From: Planctomycetota bacterium
Lineage (GTDB): Bacteria; Planctomycetota; B15-G4; JADJEK01
Length of the DNA: 64,000 bases
Direction: 5' to 3'
NCBI GenBank assembly: GCA_044225365.1
Contig: JBGAIQ010000004.1
Span: 96,001-160,000, forward strand
The notes under the pieces are model-generated. The model saw nothing but the letters and a program-made list of their open reading frames with translations. It was not told the DNA's origin and ran no database searches. Below, in pieces: positions 30,309 through 39,811 of the stretch (positions are counted from its first letter, which is position 1; each line of letters opens with the position of its first letter). The position numbers were made by a program, and so were the translations under genes.

Positions 30309-32429
30309 TCAATTCGCCATCACGACGCCGAGGCCCTTCTTCTCGAGGTCGGCCGGGAAGTCGCGGGCCGAGAGGACGACCACCTCGGGAAGGCTGCGCT
30401 CGAACTCCTCGCGGAGCGGCCAGCGCAGTTCGGCGAAGCGCACGAGTAGCACCGGCGGCCGCAGCATGTGGCGCGCGGGGCTGATCGTCTTCTTCGCGGC
30501 ATCGGAGATGTTCATGCGCAGTTCTTCGAAGGCCGGCGTGCCGGGACGCGCCGAGAGCAGGGCTTGCTCGAGATCGGGCTGCAGGTAGTAGAACTCGACG
30601 GTCCGACCATCGGTTCCCGCGAAGCGCGAGTAGAGCGCCCGCTTCAGATTCTGTCGCACCGACTCGCCGACTTCCTCCGCTGCCTTCCGCTCGTGCGGCC
30701 ATCGCGCCATCGCTTCGAGGATCGCGCGGAGATCTCCGATCGGTACCTGTTCGCGCAGAAGGTGCTTCAAGACGTCGGAAACCTGCTGCAATGTGAACTT
30801 CTTCGGATACACCGCCTGCACCAGTTCCGGCCACTTCTGTTCGAGAGCCTTCAGCAGGATGTGCGTTTCCTGCAGTCCGAGGAAGACGTGCAGATTGCGG
30901 CGAATGGCGACGTCGATGCTCATGAGGAACATGCTGAACGCCGACCACTTGATGTCGACGTTCTCGTCGAGAGCGTCCTTCACCTTCTCGTTCGGCACGA
31001 GGCGCACGGTCAGTCGCTTTCCGGGGAGCGGAACGTCCTCGCAGTCGATATCGGCTTGTTCCTTCAACTCCGCCGCCGTCTTCATCGACGCGGTGAACCC
31101 GAGCTGATAACGACCGTGATAGATCGGACCGTCGAAGGCGTAGAGCACGTAGCCGTTCTGCGGGAGGCCCTGCCCGCGCGGAACGACCTCGATCGGCGGG
31201 ACCTGGAATCCGAATTCGTAGGTGAGCCTCTCCCGCATCTTGCGAAGCTCGATCTCGAGCGCGCGGCGCGGCTCGTCGAAGCGGTCCTTGCCGAAGATCG
31301 GAACCAGCGTCGCGTTGAACTCGACGACGAGCGGCGGCGGGATGAAGATGCCCCCGCTCCCACTCGCGCCCTCGCCATCCTTGCCATCCGGCTTCTGTTG
31401 CGGCTTCGGCGCGTTGTAGATGTCCTTCAGCAAGGGCTCGACGATCTTGCCGATGAACGACAACAGGAAGAGCGCGCTGCCGATGATGAGGAACGGCGGG
31501 CCGGGGAATCCGATGTCCTGGCTGAACGCAACGCACGCCGCGAGCAGGAAGAGGATTCCCGCGATGCGAAGCGCGCCCGGATTCTCGATGAACTGACGGA
31601 ACAGCTCCTGACCGAGGTTGCTCGGCTTCTCGTCGGTCGATTGCGCCACGCGCGTGACGGCGATGCCGGCCGCGACGCTCGTGAACAGCGCGGGGAGCTG
31701 CGACACGAGGCCGTCACCGATCGTGAGGATCGAATACGTTTGCGCCGCTTCGCCGGCACTCATCCCCATCTGCATCACGCCGATGATGAGGCCGCCGATG
31801 ATGTTGACGAGCGAGATGATGATGCCCGCGATGGCGTCGCCCTTCACGAACTTCATCGCGCCATCCATCGCGCCGTAGAGCTTGCTCTCCTTCTCGAGTT
31901 CACGGCGACGATTGCGCGCCTGCTCGGGAGTAATGAGGCCTTGCTGCAGGTCGAAGTCGATCGAGCTCTGCTTGCCCGGCATCGCATCGAGCGTAAACCG
32001 CGCACCGACCTCGGCGACGCGCTCGGCGCCCTTCGCGATGACGATGAACTGGATCAGGACGAGCACGACGAACACGACGCCGCCGACGACGAAATTGCCG
32101 CCGACGACCACGTTGCCGAATCCGAAGATGATGTCGCCGGCATTCGCTTCGAGCAGGATGAGGCGAGTCGAGCTGACGTTGAGCGCAAGGCGATAGAGCG
32201 TCGTGAGGAGGAGGATGGTCGGGAAGGCCGGGAACTTCAGGAGGTCGCGGATGTACAGCGCGACCATCAGCACGACGACCGACACGCCGAGGTTGACGGC
32301 GATGAAGTAGTCCATCGTGTGCGGATGGATCCGCACGACCATGAGCCCGACCGACGCGAGCACCGCGATCGCGAGTGCTACATCGCTGAAGCGATCGAGC
32401 TTCTCGAAGAGCTTCCCGAAGAAATTCAT
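30309..32429 (-). CDS. sctV: Type III secretion export gate SctV (LcrD/FlhA family)
   Basis: FPTILLLTTLYRLALNVSSTRLILL, KGAERVAEVGARFTLDAMPGKQ, LYGAMDGAMKFVKGDAIAG, LTIGDGLVSQLP, HLLREQVPIGDLRAILE. Confidence 0.93.
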   Translation of the reverse strand: MNFFGKLFEKLDRFSDVALAIAVLASVGLMVVRIHPHTMDYFIAVNLGVSVVVLMVALYIRDLLKFPAFPTILLLTTLYRLALNVSSTRLILLEANAGDIIFGFGNVVVGGNFVVGGVVFVVLVLIQFIVIAKGAERVAEVGARFTLDAMPGKQSSIDFDLQQGLITPEQARNRRRELEKESKLYGAMDGAMKFVKGDAIAGIIISLVNIIGGLIIGVMQMGMSAGEAAQTYSILTIGDGLVSQLPALFTSVAAGIAVTRVAQSTDEKPSNLGQELFRQFIENPGALRIAGILFLLAACVAFSQDIGFPGPPFLIIGSALFLLSFIGKIVEPLLKDIYNAPKPQQKPDGKDGEGASGSGGIFIPPPLVVEFNATLVPIFGKDRFDEPRRALEIELRKMRERLTYEFGFQVPPIEVVPRGQGLPQNGYVLYAFDGPIYHGRYQLGFTASMKTAAELKEQADIDCEDVPLPGKRLTVRLVPNEKVKDALDENVDIKWSAFSMFLMSIDVAIRRNLHVFLGLQETHILLKALEQKWPELVQAVYPKKFTLQQVSDVLKHLLREQVPIGDLRAILEAMARWPHERKAAEEVGESVRQNLKRALYSRFAGTDGRTVEFYYLQPDLEQALLSARPGTPAFEELRMNISDAAKKTISPARHMLRPPVLLVRFAELRWPLREEFERSLPEVVVLSARDFPADLEKKGLGVVMAN

Positions 32430-32495
32430 CGCTGGGTTCCGTTCGCTGGTGGCTCAGAGGATACGGACAAGAGGGGTGCGACCGCAACGAGCGGA

Positions 32496-32536
32496 GACGC
32501 CCGCGAGGAGCTTTTGATGGCTGCCTCGCGGGCGTC
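32496..32536 (-). terminator. Strong hairpin between the MIIA-domain gene and sctV
   Basis: GACGCCCGCGAGG / CCTCGCGGGCGTC 13-bp stem; no clear U-tract. Confidence 0.5.
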
Positions 32537-32565
32537 CGTTCGATCGCAGGGGGACTGGGATCGGA

Positions 32566-33816
32566 TCAAAGGGAGAGGTTGCGGATGACGGCCATGCGCT
32601 CGTCGTGTTCCGTCTTCAGGATGCTCGTATACATGTTGATCAGCTCGTTCTTCTGCTGCAGGAGTTCCTGGAGCTGGAGTTGGAGCTGCTGCGCCTGTTC
32701 CGGCGGGACCTGGCCGCTCGCGAGCGCGTTCTTGATCGCGGTGATCTGCGAGTCGAGGCCACCGAGCTGGCCGAACACCGCGTTCTTGAACGAGTCGCCC
32801 GAGTTGCCGACCGTCGGCAGGCCGCCGACCGAACCCGTCGATCCGCCACCGGTCGGGAGACCCGGGAACTTCGGCAGGGAGGGGAAGCCGAAGTCGCCGG
32901 GGTTGAAGCCCGGGAGCTTGCCCGGCAGCGGCGACGTGTTGCCCGCGCCATTGTGCTGGATCGCAGCCATGATCGCGGCGATGAGCTGGCGGATGTTGTC
33001 GAAGCCCTGGCCCGGCGTCGGCGCCGTCGGATTCTTCGGGCTCTGGAACGCGCCGCCGTTCTTCAGCAGGTCCTGGATGCGCTCGAGCATCGCCTTGAGA
33101 CCCTGCTGACCGAACTTCGGGAGCGCCTGGTGCGCACCACCCTGGATCAGCTTGAGGAGATCGCCGATGTTCAGGTTCGCGAGTTCGCTCAGCGGCTTCT
33201 TCAGGAGATCGTTCGTGAAGTCGATGGCGCTGTGTCCACCGGCGCCGTCGAGGTTGACTTCACCGAAGCGGGCGGTCGGATCGCCACCGACGATCTGCTG
33301 ACCGTTCGAGGCATAGAACAGGTCGTCGACCTGATTGCCGGCGCGGAGCACCGTGCCGTCGTTCCACAGTTGGTCGAGCTCGAGCGAGCTGTCGAAGTGC
33401 TTGCCGGCCGTCGGCGCGTTCGTGATGTTCTCGACGAGCTCACCACCGCTCGGGGTCATGATCGCGAGGGAGTCGATCGTCGAGATCCCGTCCGCGTTCG
33501 GGGCCGTCGGCTTGATCGTGAGCTTGGTGCCGTCGGCGAGGTCGAGGGTGAGGTTGTCCTTCTGGAACTGCATCTTGTCGCCGTCGCCCGTCGTCAGGTG
33601 CGGGTCGCCCCACGCCTTCACCGACGTCTTGGTCTGCTTGTCGAAGACTTCGACTTCACCGTTCTTGACCGAGATGAGGTAGCGCTGCGTCTCGAATTGA
33701 CCGTTCCCTAGGTTCTTGAGGCCCCCCGGAGGGACCTGGGTTGGAAAACAGCACGCCTGGAGCGTGGACTTGACGTTGTCGAGGCTTGCGAGAGCGGCGG
33801 CGTTGATCTGGGACAT
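32566..33816 (-). CDS. T3SS-associated DUF1521/MIIA (GDPH autocleavage) domain protein with filament-like C-terminal helix
   Basis: Start MSQINAAAL with AAGGAG RBS; WGDPH...LTLDLADGTKLTI is DUF1521-like; Gly/Pro linker; C-terminus ...MYTSILKTEHDERMAVIRNLSL. Confidence 0.8.
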   Translation of the reverse strand: MSQINAAALASLDNVKSTLQACCFPTQVPPGGLKNLGNGQFETQRYLISVKNGEVEVFDKQTKTSVKAWGDPHLTTGDGDKMQFQKDNLTLDLADGTKLTIKPTAPNADGISTIDSLAIMTPSGGELVENITNAPTAGKHFDSSLELDQLWNDGTVLRAGNQVDDLFYASNGQQIVGGDPTARFGEVNLDGAGGHSAIDFTNDLLKKPLSELANLNIGDLLKLIQGGAHQALPKFGQQGLKAMLERIQDLLKNGGAFQSPKNPTAPTPGQGFDNIRQLIAAIMAAIQHNGAGNTSPLPGKLPGFNPGDFGFPSLPKFPGLPTGGGSTGSVGGLPTVGNSGDSFKNAVFGQLGGLDSQITAIKNALASGQVPPEQAQQLQLQLQELLQQKNELINMYTSILKTEHDERMAVIRNLSL

Positions 33817-33880
33817 GACGAACTCCTTGGACTTCTTTGCACCCGGTAGTCCGGGGCGAAGGGGTTTTGTTGATGCCGTA

Positions 33881-33909
33881 GTTGTCGGTCGAGGCGGGAG
33901 TTCGTTGCA
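33881..33909 (-). promoter_or_regulatory. T3SS upstream motif copy (TGCAAC-N14-ACCGACAAC)
   Basis: About 65 nt upstream of the MIIA gene; one of four similar sites. Confidence 0.55.
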
Positions 33910-33932
33910 CCGCCGACCGCGAATCCCCGGAA

Positions 33933-35075
33933 TTACTCGTTCGCCGCCGGTTCCTCGCCCTTTTCCGCGAGATACGCCTGGACGCGCGTCTCCCAGGGAG
34001 CGAGTTCGCCACGGTCGTGGGCCTTCTCCGCGACCCACTTCAGGAGCTCGGCCACCGCTTCGTTCATTTCCTCGGGGATCTGACGATTCAGCTCTACTTT
34101 GAAGAGCGCCCGGGCGAGCGGTGGATCCTCGCGGATCGGGATCCCCTTCTGATCCGCGATCTCGCGGATGCGCAATGCGACGACGCCCTTGCCCTTCGCG
34201 ATGAGACGAGGCGCGCCCTCCTTCTTCGGATCGAATCGCAAGGCGCAGGCGTAGTGCGTCGGGTTCACGGTGACGACGTCGGCCCCGCCCGATGCGAGGT
34301 TGCGATACATGCCGCCCTGCATGCGTTCGATGCGGGCGCGCTTGATCTTCGCCTTCGTCTCCGGGTCGCCCTCCATCTGCTTGTATTCCTTCTTCAACTC
34401 CTCCTTCGACATCCGGTTCTCCTTGCCGAACTGGAAGCGTTGATAGAAGAAGTCGAAGGCTCCGACGCCGAAGAAGCACGCGAGCGCCCAGCTCACCATG
34501 TCCTTGAGCGCCATCGCTCCGCGATGACTCGCGTCGAGGAGCGGCAACCGCGACAAACGCACGAAGTCCGGCAGGTAGCCCTTCAGGATCTGCCAACTGA
34601 CGAGACCCACGATCATGAGCTTCGTGATGTTCTTCCCGAGCTCGATCCAGGTCCGCATCGAGAAGAACTGCTTCTTCAGACCGCCGATCGGATCGAGGTT
34701 CTCGAGCTTCGGTGTGAGCTTCTCGAACGAGAGGACCGGGCCGACCTGCAGCCACTGGATCAGTCCGCCGACCGCCGCCGTGATCACCATGAACGGAAGG
34801 AACGCGACGAAGAGATCCTTCACCGCGTCGGTGAACGCCTTCACGATGACTTCGTTGTCGAGCCGCCCGCGCACCGCGAGTCCGAAGACGTCCGTCGTCG
34901 TCGTCACCAGCCGCGTACCGAGATCGACCGCGATGAACGACAACGAGGTGTACCCCGCGAGCAGCACGAATGCCGTCGTGAAGTCCCGCGACTGCGGAAC
35001 GTTGCCCTTCTTCCGCAATTCCTCGAGTTTGTGCGGTGATGCTTCTTCGGTCTTGTCGCCGGCGTCGTCGGCCAT
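33933..35075 (-). CDS. sctU: Type III secretion switch protein SctU (YscU/FlhB family)
   Basis: KTEEASPHKLEELRKKGNV, MSKEELKKEYKQMEGDP, NPTH autocleavage motif, LARAL. Confidence 0.95.
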   Translation of the reverse strand: MADDAGDKTEEASPHKLEELRKKGNVPQSRDFTTAFVLLAGYTSLSFIAVDLGTRLVTTTTDVFGLAVRGRLDNEVIVKAFTDAVKDLFVAFLPFMVITAAVGGLIQWLQVGPVLSFEKLTPKLENLDPIGGLKKQFFSMRTWIELGKNITKLMIVGLVSWQILKGYLPDFVRLSRLPLLDASHRGAMALKDMVSWALACFFGVGAFDFFYQRFQFGKENRMSKEELKKEYKQMEGDPETKAKIKRARIERMQGGMYRNLASGGADVVTVNPTHYACALRFDPKKEGAPRLIAKGKGVVALRIREIADQKGIPIREDPPLARALFKVELNRQIPEEMNEAVAELLKWVAEKAHDRGELAPWETRVQAYLAEKGEEPAANE

Positions 35076-35110
35076 CGCTCTGCCTCTTTGTCCGTCAATC
35101 GTATCAGCGA

Positions 35111-35138
35111 GTTACCGGCGATGGCGATCGAGCGTTGC
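35111..35138 (-). promoter_or_regulatory. T3SS upstream motif copy (GCAAC-N14-GCCGGTAAC)
   Basis: About 35 nt upstream of sctU. Confidence 0.55.
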
Positions 35139-35186
35139 GGAGGGAATGGACCGAATCCGCGTTCGCCGACGATTCGGAAGGAGCGC

Positions 35187-36083
35187 TCAACCCTTCTTCT
35201 TCGGAGTCTCGCCCGCCTTTTCTTGGCTCGTCGCCTGCCGCACGAAAGTGGTCCAAGGATCGATCGTGTAAGCGAAGGTGCCCGCCAGCACGGCCGGATC
35301 GGCCGCGAGGAGTCGCTCCGCGCGCGACCGATCGGAGACTCGCAGGATGGCGAGCCCGTGATCGTCGCCGAGTCGCCCACCCATCACGAGCGCTCCAGAC
35401 CCGTAGAGACGCTCCATGTACATCAGATGGTTCAGGATCTTCGGCTGCTCGCCCGGCGATTTGCCGGCGATCCAGTTCGAGCCCGGCGCGAGATGGACCA
35501 CGTACAACGTTTCGGTCTTCGGCAAGGAAGCGAGTCGTGTTCCGAGATCGCTCGGGGATGCGAAACGCTCGGTGAGTCCGTCCAACACGCTCTTCCATGC
35601 CCCTTCGAAGTACGAGTACCCCGCGTCCCACTCCGGTCCATTGCCGAATCCATCGTGCTTCAGCGTGACGTGAGTTCGGCCCGCCGCAGTCTCCTGGAAG
35701 TCGAGCGTCACTTTCGTCGGGAACGGACGCGCGTTCATCGCCGGCATGTCCGGCTTTCCACGCCATTCGAAGACGACCCGCGAATCGGGGACCAGTTCTT
35801 TCATCACACAGCCATTCGTCCCGAGCGAGTCACCGCTTGGATCGACCTCGGGAGCGAAGATCACGCAATAGGCGCCGCCGACGCGAGCGTCGATGCGAGC
35901 GTCGGCCCCCGGGAACACGACCTTGACGCCCGCCGTCGTCGTCCAGAGACGGAAGAGCTCGGCCCGCGACGTGGCGATGTCCACTTGGAGCGTGATGGCT
36001 CGAGGCGTCGGGTCGCTCGGAGCGACGCGCGGTACCGGCGCGGCGAGGAACGCAAGGCAACACAAAAGGATTCGCAAGATCAT
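35187..36083 (-). CDS. Exported SRPBCC/AHSA1 domain protein fused to a YciI-like domain
   Basis: RIDARVGGAY..RVVFEW..THVTLKHDGF..GAWKSVLDGL, then HLMYMERLY..GGRL..AADP. Confidence 0.75.
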   Translation of the reverse strand: MILRILLCCLAFLAAPVPRVAPSDPTPRAITLQVDIATSRAELFRLWTTTAGVKVVFPGADARIDARVGGAYCVIFAPEVDPSGDSLGTNGCVMKELVPDSRVVFEWRGKPDMPAMNARPFPTKVTLDFQETAAGRTHVTLKHDGFGNGPEWDAGYSYFEGAWKSVLDGLTERFASPSDLGTRLASLPKTETLYVVHLAPGSNWIAGKSPGEQPKILNHLMYMERLYGSGALVMGGRLGDDHGLAILRVSDRSRAERLLAADPAVLAGTFAYTIDPWTTFVRQATSQEKAGETPKKKG

Positions 36084-36700
36084 GTGGCCTCCGAGGGCGC
36101 GAAACGATGGAAGAAGCTGCGCAGCACCATGACCGCGCGATCGAAAGGGACGAGGCTCTTAGCGACGCGCGCTTGGAGCACGGCGCCTTCCATCACGGCC
36201 AGCACGAAGACCGCGATGTCCTGAGGATGTGTGCCGGGAGGCAATCGCGTGGCGATCGGCTGCAGGCATCGCGCAACTCCGCCGCGCCAGGCTTCGAACA
36301 GTTCCTCGAGTCGCTTGCGCAACCGAGGATGCGTGTCGGCGATCTCGCCGCCCAGATTGCCGACCGGGCAACCGAGTCGACAGCCCGTCGCCGCGAGGAA
36401 GTCGCGATAGAACTTCAGGATCGCGAACACGCGCTCCACCGGATCGCTCGACGATGCGATCGCAGGGCCCAAGATCTCCTCCTCGAGCCGGATGCTCAGA
36501 TCGTCGAGGATCGCCGCGAGCAGTCGTTCCTTGGAATCGAAGTGATGGTAGAGGCTGCTCGATCCCGCTCGACTCTTCGAGAGGATTTCCGCCATGCCCG
36601 TCGCGGCGAATCCTCGTTCGTGGATCAGTCGCTGGGCCGTCTTCAGGATCGCGGTCGAAGTGGGATGTCGGTCTGCCACGCCGCAGATTGTATCGATCAT
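36080..36700 (-). CDS. TetR-family transcriptional regulator
   Basis: ILKTAQRLIHERGFAATGMAEI..SSLYHHFDSKERL HTH and GCPVGN; it is the C-terminal part of the long 36080-37789 ORF; start 36700 or 36679. Confidence 0.9.
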   Translation of the reverse strand: MIDTICGVADRHPTSTAILKTAQRLIHERGFAATGMAEILSKSRAGSSSLYHHFDSKERLLAAILDDLSIRLEEEILGPAIASSSDPVERVFAILKFYRDFLAATGCRLGCPVGNLGGEIADTHPRLRKRLEELFEAWRGGVARCLQPIATRLPPGTHPQDIAVFVLAVMEGAVLQARVAKSLVPFDRAVMVLRSFFHRFAPSEAT

Positions 36701-36799
36701 TCCACTCAGTTCAAGACGAGGCGAACGGAGCCGCGGTGAATCGCGCGGACGGGCCCGCCGAGGTAGAATCGTCGCGCAACTCACTCCGAGGCTCACATC

Positions 36800-37864
36800 A
36801 TGTCGCGCACTTCTTCGATGATCGCCCTTCCGCTCGCTGTCTTCATCACCGCTGTCTGTGCGAGCGCTTCGGCGCAGCAGATCGTGTTCGACGACTTCAA
36901 CCGGCCCGATTCGACGAGCCTCGGCCCGAACTGGGTCGAAGCGAACGGCGACTTCGTCATCCAGTCGAACGTGTGCCGCGGCAACGTGCTGTTTGCGAAC
37001 GATACGTGGATGTACAACACCCCGTTCCAGCAGACCTACACGAACACGAAGGTTCGCGTCGACTTCTCGAAGACCGCGGGAGACAACCTGTTCGCCGCGG
37101 GCGTCGGCTTCGGGCTCGACCCGAATACCTGGGGCGGCGTCACGATCCTGATCCAGGACAACAACCTCGACGGCCATTTCGACCGCATCTTCTTCGAGGC
37201 AGCGATCAACGCCGGCGCGTGGTTCTCCCAACCGACTCCGATCTTCTTCGACTTCCCGTTCCAGGTCGACGCCGGGCAGCTCACGGTGTGGGCCGAGGAC
37301 AACGGCAATCGCGCCGTCGCGCGCGTCGAGGACGCGAGCGGCAACCTCATCGGGACCTACAGCGCGGCCGGAATCGTCGGCTCGCCCTTCCCACCGACGG
37401 GAACCCGCGCGGGCGTGTGGGTCCGCAGCAAGGCGCGCGTCGACAATTTCTTTGCGATCCAGCATCGGAAGCTCGACGCCTATCCCGCGGCGCTCTCCGT
37501 CGCGACGGGCGGAACACAGACCCTCGACGTCTCCCTCGGCTCCGCATTCGCAGGTCAGACCTACATGCTGCTCGGTGCGCTCAGCACTTCGAGCCCGGGA
37601 ACACCGATCGGCGGAGGCGTGCTCTTGCCGCTGGCCGTCGATCCCGTGCTCCTGTGGACCGTCTCGAACCCGAACGTGCCGCCCTACGACTCCTCGTTCG
37701 GAGCGCTCGACTCCGTGGGTCACGCCCGTGCGCGCTTCGTTCTCCCGCCCGCCGCGCTCCCGTCGCTCGTTGGAGTCACTCTCCAGCACTGTGCCATCGC
37801 GATCAAGCCGAACAACGTGCCTTCGACCGCGACGAACACCGCCTCGCTGACGTTCAACCCCTGA
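36800..37864 (+). CDS. Hypothetical secreted protein (beta-sandwich-like, DDFNRPDS start)
   Basis: Signal peptide ASA-Q; typical codon usage. Confidence 0.75.
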   Translation: MSRTSSMIALPLAVFITAVCASASAQQIVFDDFNRPDSTSLGPNWVEANGDFVIQSNVCRGNVLFANDTWMYNTPFQQTYTNTKVRVDFSKTAGDNLFAAGVGFGLDPNTWGGVTILIQDNNLDGHFDRIFFEAAINAGAWFSQPTPIFFDFPFQVDAGQLTVWAEDNGNRAVARVEDASGNLIGTYSAAGIVGSPFPPTGTRAGVWVRSKARVDNFFAIQHRKLDAYPAALSVATGGTQTLDVSLGSAFAGQTYMLLGALSTSSPGTPIGGGVLLPLAVDPVLLWTVSNPNVPPYDSSFGALDSVGHARARFVLPPAALPSLVGVTLQHCAIAIKPNNVPSTATNTASLTFNP

Positions 37865-37885
37865 TCGCGAACTCTCGCGCCGCCT

Positions 37886-39811
37886 TCAATTCTCGAGCAG
37901 CTGAATCACTCGCAGCGCCGAGTTCGGTCGCTCCGAGGTGAGCCTCACGGCCACGACGTGATCGGCATCGGGCAATTCGTCGTCGAGGATGAGCGCCCAC
38001 GGCAGGTGAAGGGACGCACTCCAAGGAGTCCTGGTGTCGACGCGGCGCCACGCTCCGGTGTCGACGCGAAATTCGATGATGCCCGTATCCGGTCCCGCAG
38101 CGAGGAGCAATCCCGCTGCGGTGCCGCGAAAGTCGAACTCGAACGCCGCTCCCGGTACCTCGGCGACGAGTGCCGGCACGCGAACGAATCCCTCACGGGT
38201 TTCCTTACCGTCCTTCGGCTCGAAGCGCGGATCGAGCACGAATCCGTTCAGCTTGGCTGCGGCGAGATCGCCGAATCGTCCTCGTCCATAGGAGAGCGGA
38301 TCGACCGGCGCCGGGAGGGGATGATCCTTCCTCGTCGGAGATCCTCCCGTCCACGCGGCGTCGAGGAGCCTCGCGATCCCGTTCGCATAGAGTTGCTGGC
38401 CGAACGGTGAAGGATGCAGATCCCGAAAGTCCGCGGCCCACGTGAATTGCCCGGCGCGAATGCGCTCGTACACCTCGCGCGAGAGCTGGACCGATGGACA
38501 GCCATATTGCGCGGCGACCCGTTCATGCGCCTCGATCGTGTAGGGCTGTTCTCCCTGGCCGTAGATCGGGAGATGTTGGTCGTGGACGAAATGCAGCATC
38601 ACGATGTCGGTGGCAGGACTCGAAGTTCGTAGATGACGAACGACGCCCTCCATGCCGCGTAGCGCCAGTTCCTTGCGGTTCGGTAGTTCGTCGTAGTTGT
38701 GATCGTTCACCGCTGCTTCGACGAATACGAGGTCGGGGATCCCGTGCGAGAGCACATCCTTCTCGAGACGAAACGCGTGCGGAACGGATCCGAGCGACGG
38801 GATTCCGGCAGCCACGAACTCGAACTTCGTGTCGGGAAAATGCTGCTGTATGCAATGCATGACGGCGTCGCGCCATCCGGGATTGAACGTGATCGATCCC
38901 CCGACGAAGGCGACGCGACCCACCTTGTCCGTCATGAACCGCGACCGGCAATTCTGCAATCCGTCGCGCAGGGAGTCGTATTCCACGGGCTTCGCCGCAC
39001 GGGGGAGAACAGTCGTCCAGCGCATGACGAAGCGCGCCGAATCGAACACGGCGGGCAGCTCGAAGTGATGACCGTTGCTCTCCTTCGTTCCATGCTCCAC
39101 GCTCACGATCTCCATCACGTGGCCGAGCTTCTCGAGGCGTCGTCTCGCTTCCAAAGTGTTTGCTTCGGGCGGTACGACCTCGTCATCGAGGCTTATCACG
39201 TGACGCAGCGGGATCCCGGCTCTCGCGATGGGCTCGAGCACATTGGAATCGACCGGATTGCCGCGATAGGCCCGCAGAGCGGCGACGTCATCGAATCCGA
39301 AGGCACGCAGCGCATCCGCGACCTCTTTCGACGCGCCTGGCCACGAAAGCGGCCAGCTCGCGAGTTGCATGACCGGAGTGTCGGCATAGATACAAGCGAT
39401 GCGCTCGGGACGACGCGCTGCATACCGATACGCGGACAGCCCGCCGCGACTCACCGCCTCGAGAGCCGGCTTCTCGGCCAGGCCGTATTCGCTGCGCAGC
39501 GATTCATAGAATCCATCGAAGATGTCGAGCGCGGCGTCGCAACCGAGCATGTCGACACAGTCGACGTAGGCGACGTACCAGCCATGATTCAGCAATTCGA
39601 TGTCGACTTCGGGGTGGAAGTCCGGGAACGAGGTGCGCCAGATCCATGGTTTTCCCGCGGCCGCGACGCGCGGAATCGTGACGAATGCCAAATGGCGGTC
39701 GAAGATGAATTCCTTTCGCTCGAATCCATTCCACGCATTCCCCGCCCGGCTTTGCGGCAGGACGAGAGTGAGAACGAAGAGAGTCCACCACGCGTGCATT
39801 CTCATCGTCAT
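37886..39811 (-). CDS. Alpha/beta hydrolase fused to SGNH/GDSL hydrolase
   Basis: AVSRGG nucleophile elbow; GGSIT, EAAVND and DLHP SGNH blocks; ATGA overlap with the upstream gene. Confidence 0.85.
   Translation of the reverse strand: MTMRMHAWWTLFVLTLVLPQSRAGNAWNGFERKEFIFDRHLAFVTIPRVAAAGKPWIWRTSFPDFHPEVDIELLNHGWYVAYVDCVDMLGCDAALDIFDGFYESLRSEYGLAEKPALEAVSRGGLSAYRYAARRPERIACIYADTPVMQLASWPLSWPGASKEVADALRAFGFDDVAALRAYRGNPVDSNVLEPIARAGIPLRHVISLDDEVVPPEANTLEARRRLEKLGHVMEIVSVEHGTKESNGHHFELPAVFDSARFVMRWTTVLPRAAKPVEYDSLRDGLQNCRSRFMTDKVGRVAFVGGSITFNPGWRDAVMHCIQQHFPDTKFEFVAAGIPSLGSVPHAFRLEKDVLSHGIPDLVFVEAAVNDHNYDELPNRKELALRGMEGVVRHLRTSSPATDIVMLHFVHDQHLPIYGQGEQPYTIEAHERVAAQYGCPSVQLSREVYERIRAGQFTWAADFRDLHPSPFGQQLYANGIARLLDAAWTGGSPTRKDHPLPAPVDPLSYGRGRFGDLAAAKLNGFVLDPRFEPKDGKETREGFVRVPALVAEVPGAAFEFDFRGTAAGLLLAAGPDTGIIEFRVDTGAWRRVDTRTPWSASLHLPWALILDDELPDADHVVAVRLTSERPNSALRVIQLLEN

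Noticed and set aside
32566-34755. 729-aa version of the MIIA protein
   Set aside because: The N-terminal extension overlaps sctU in another frame; the ATG at 33816 has a strong RBS and an upstream motif.
36080-37789. 569-aa ORF as a TetR fusion
   Set aside because: Only the last ~206 aa are TetR; the rest is antisense to the 36800-37864 gene.
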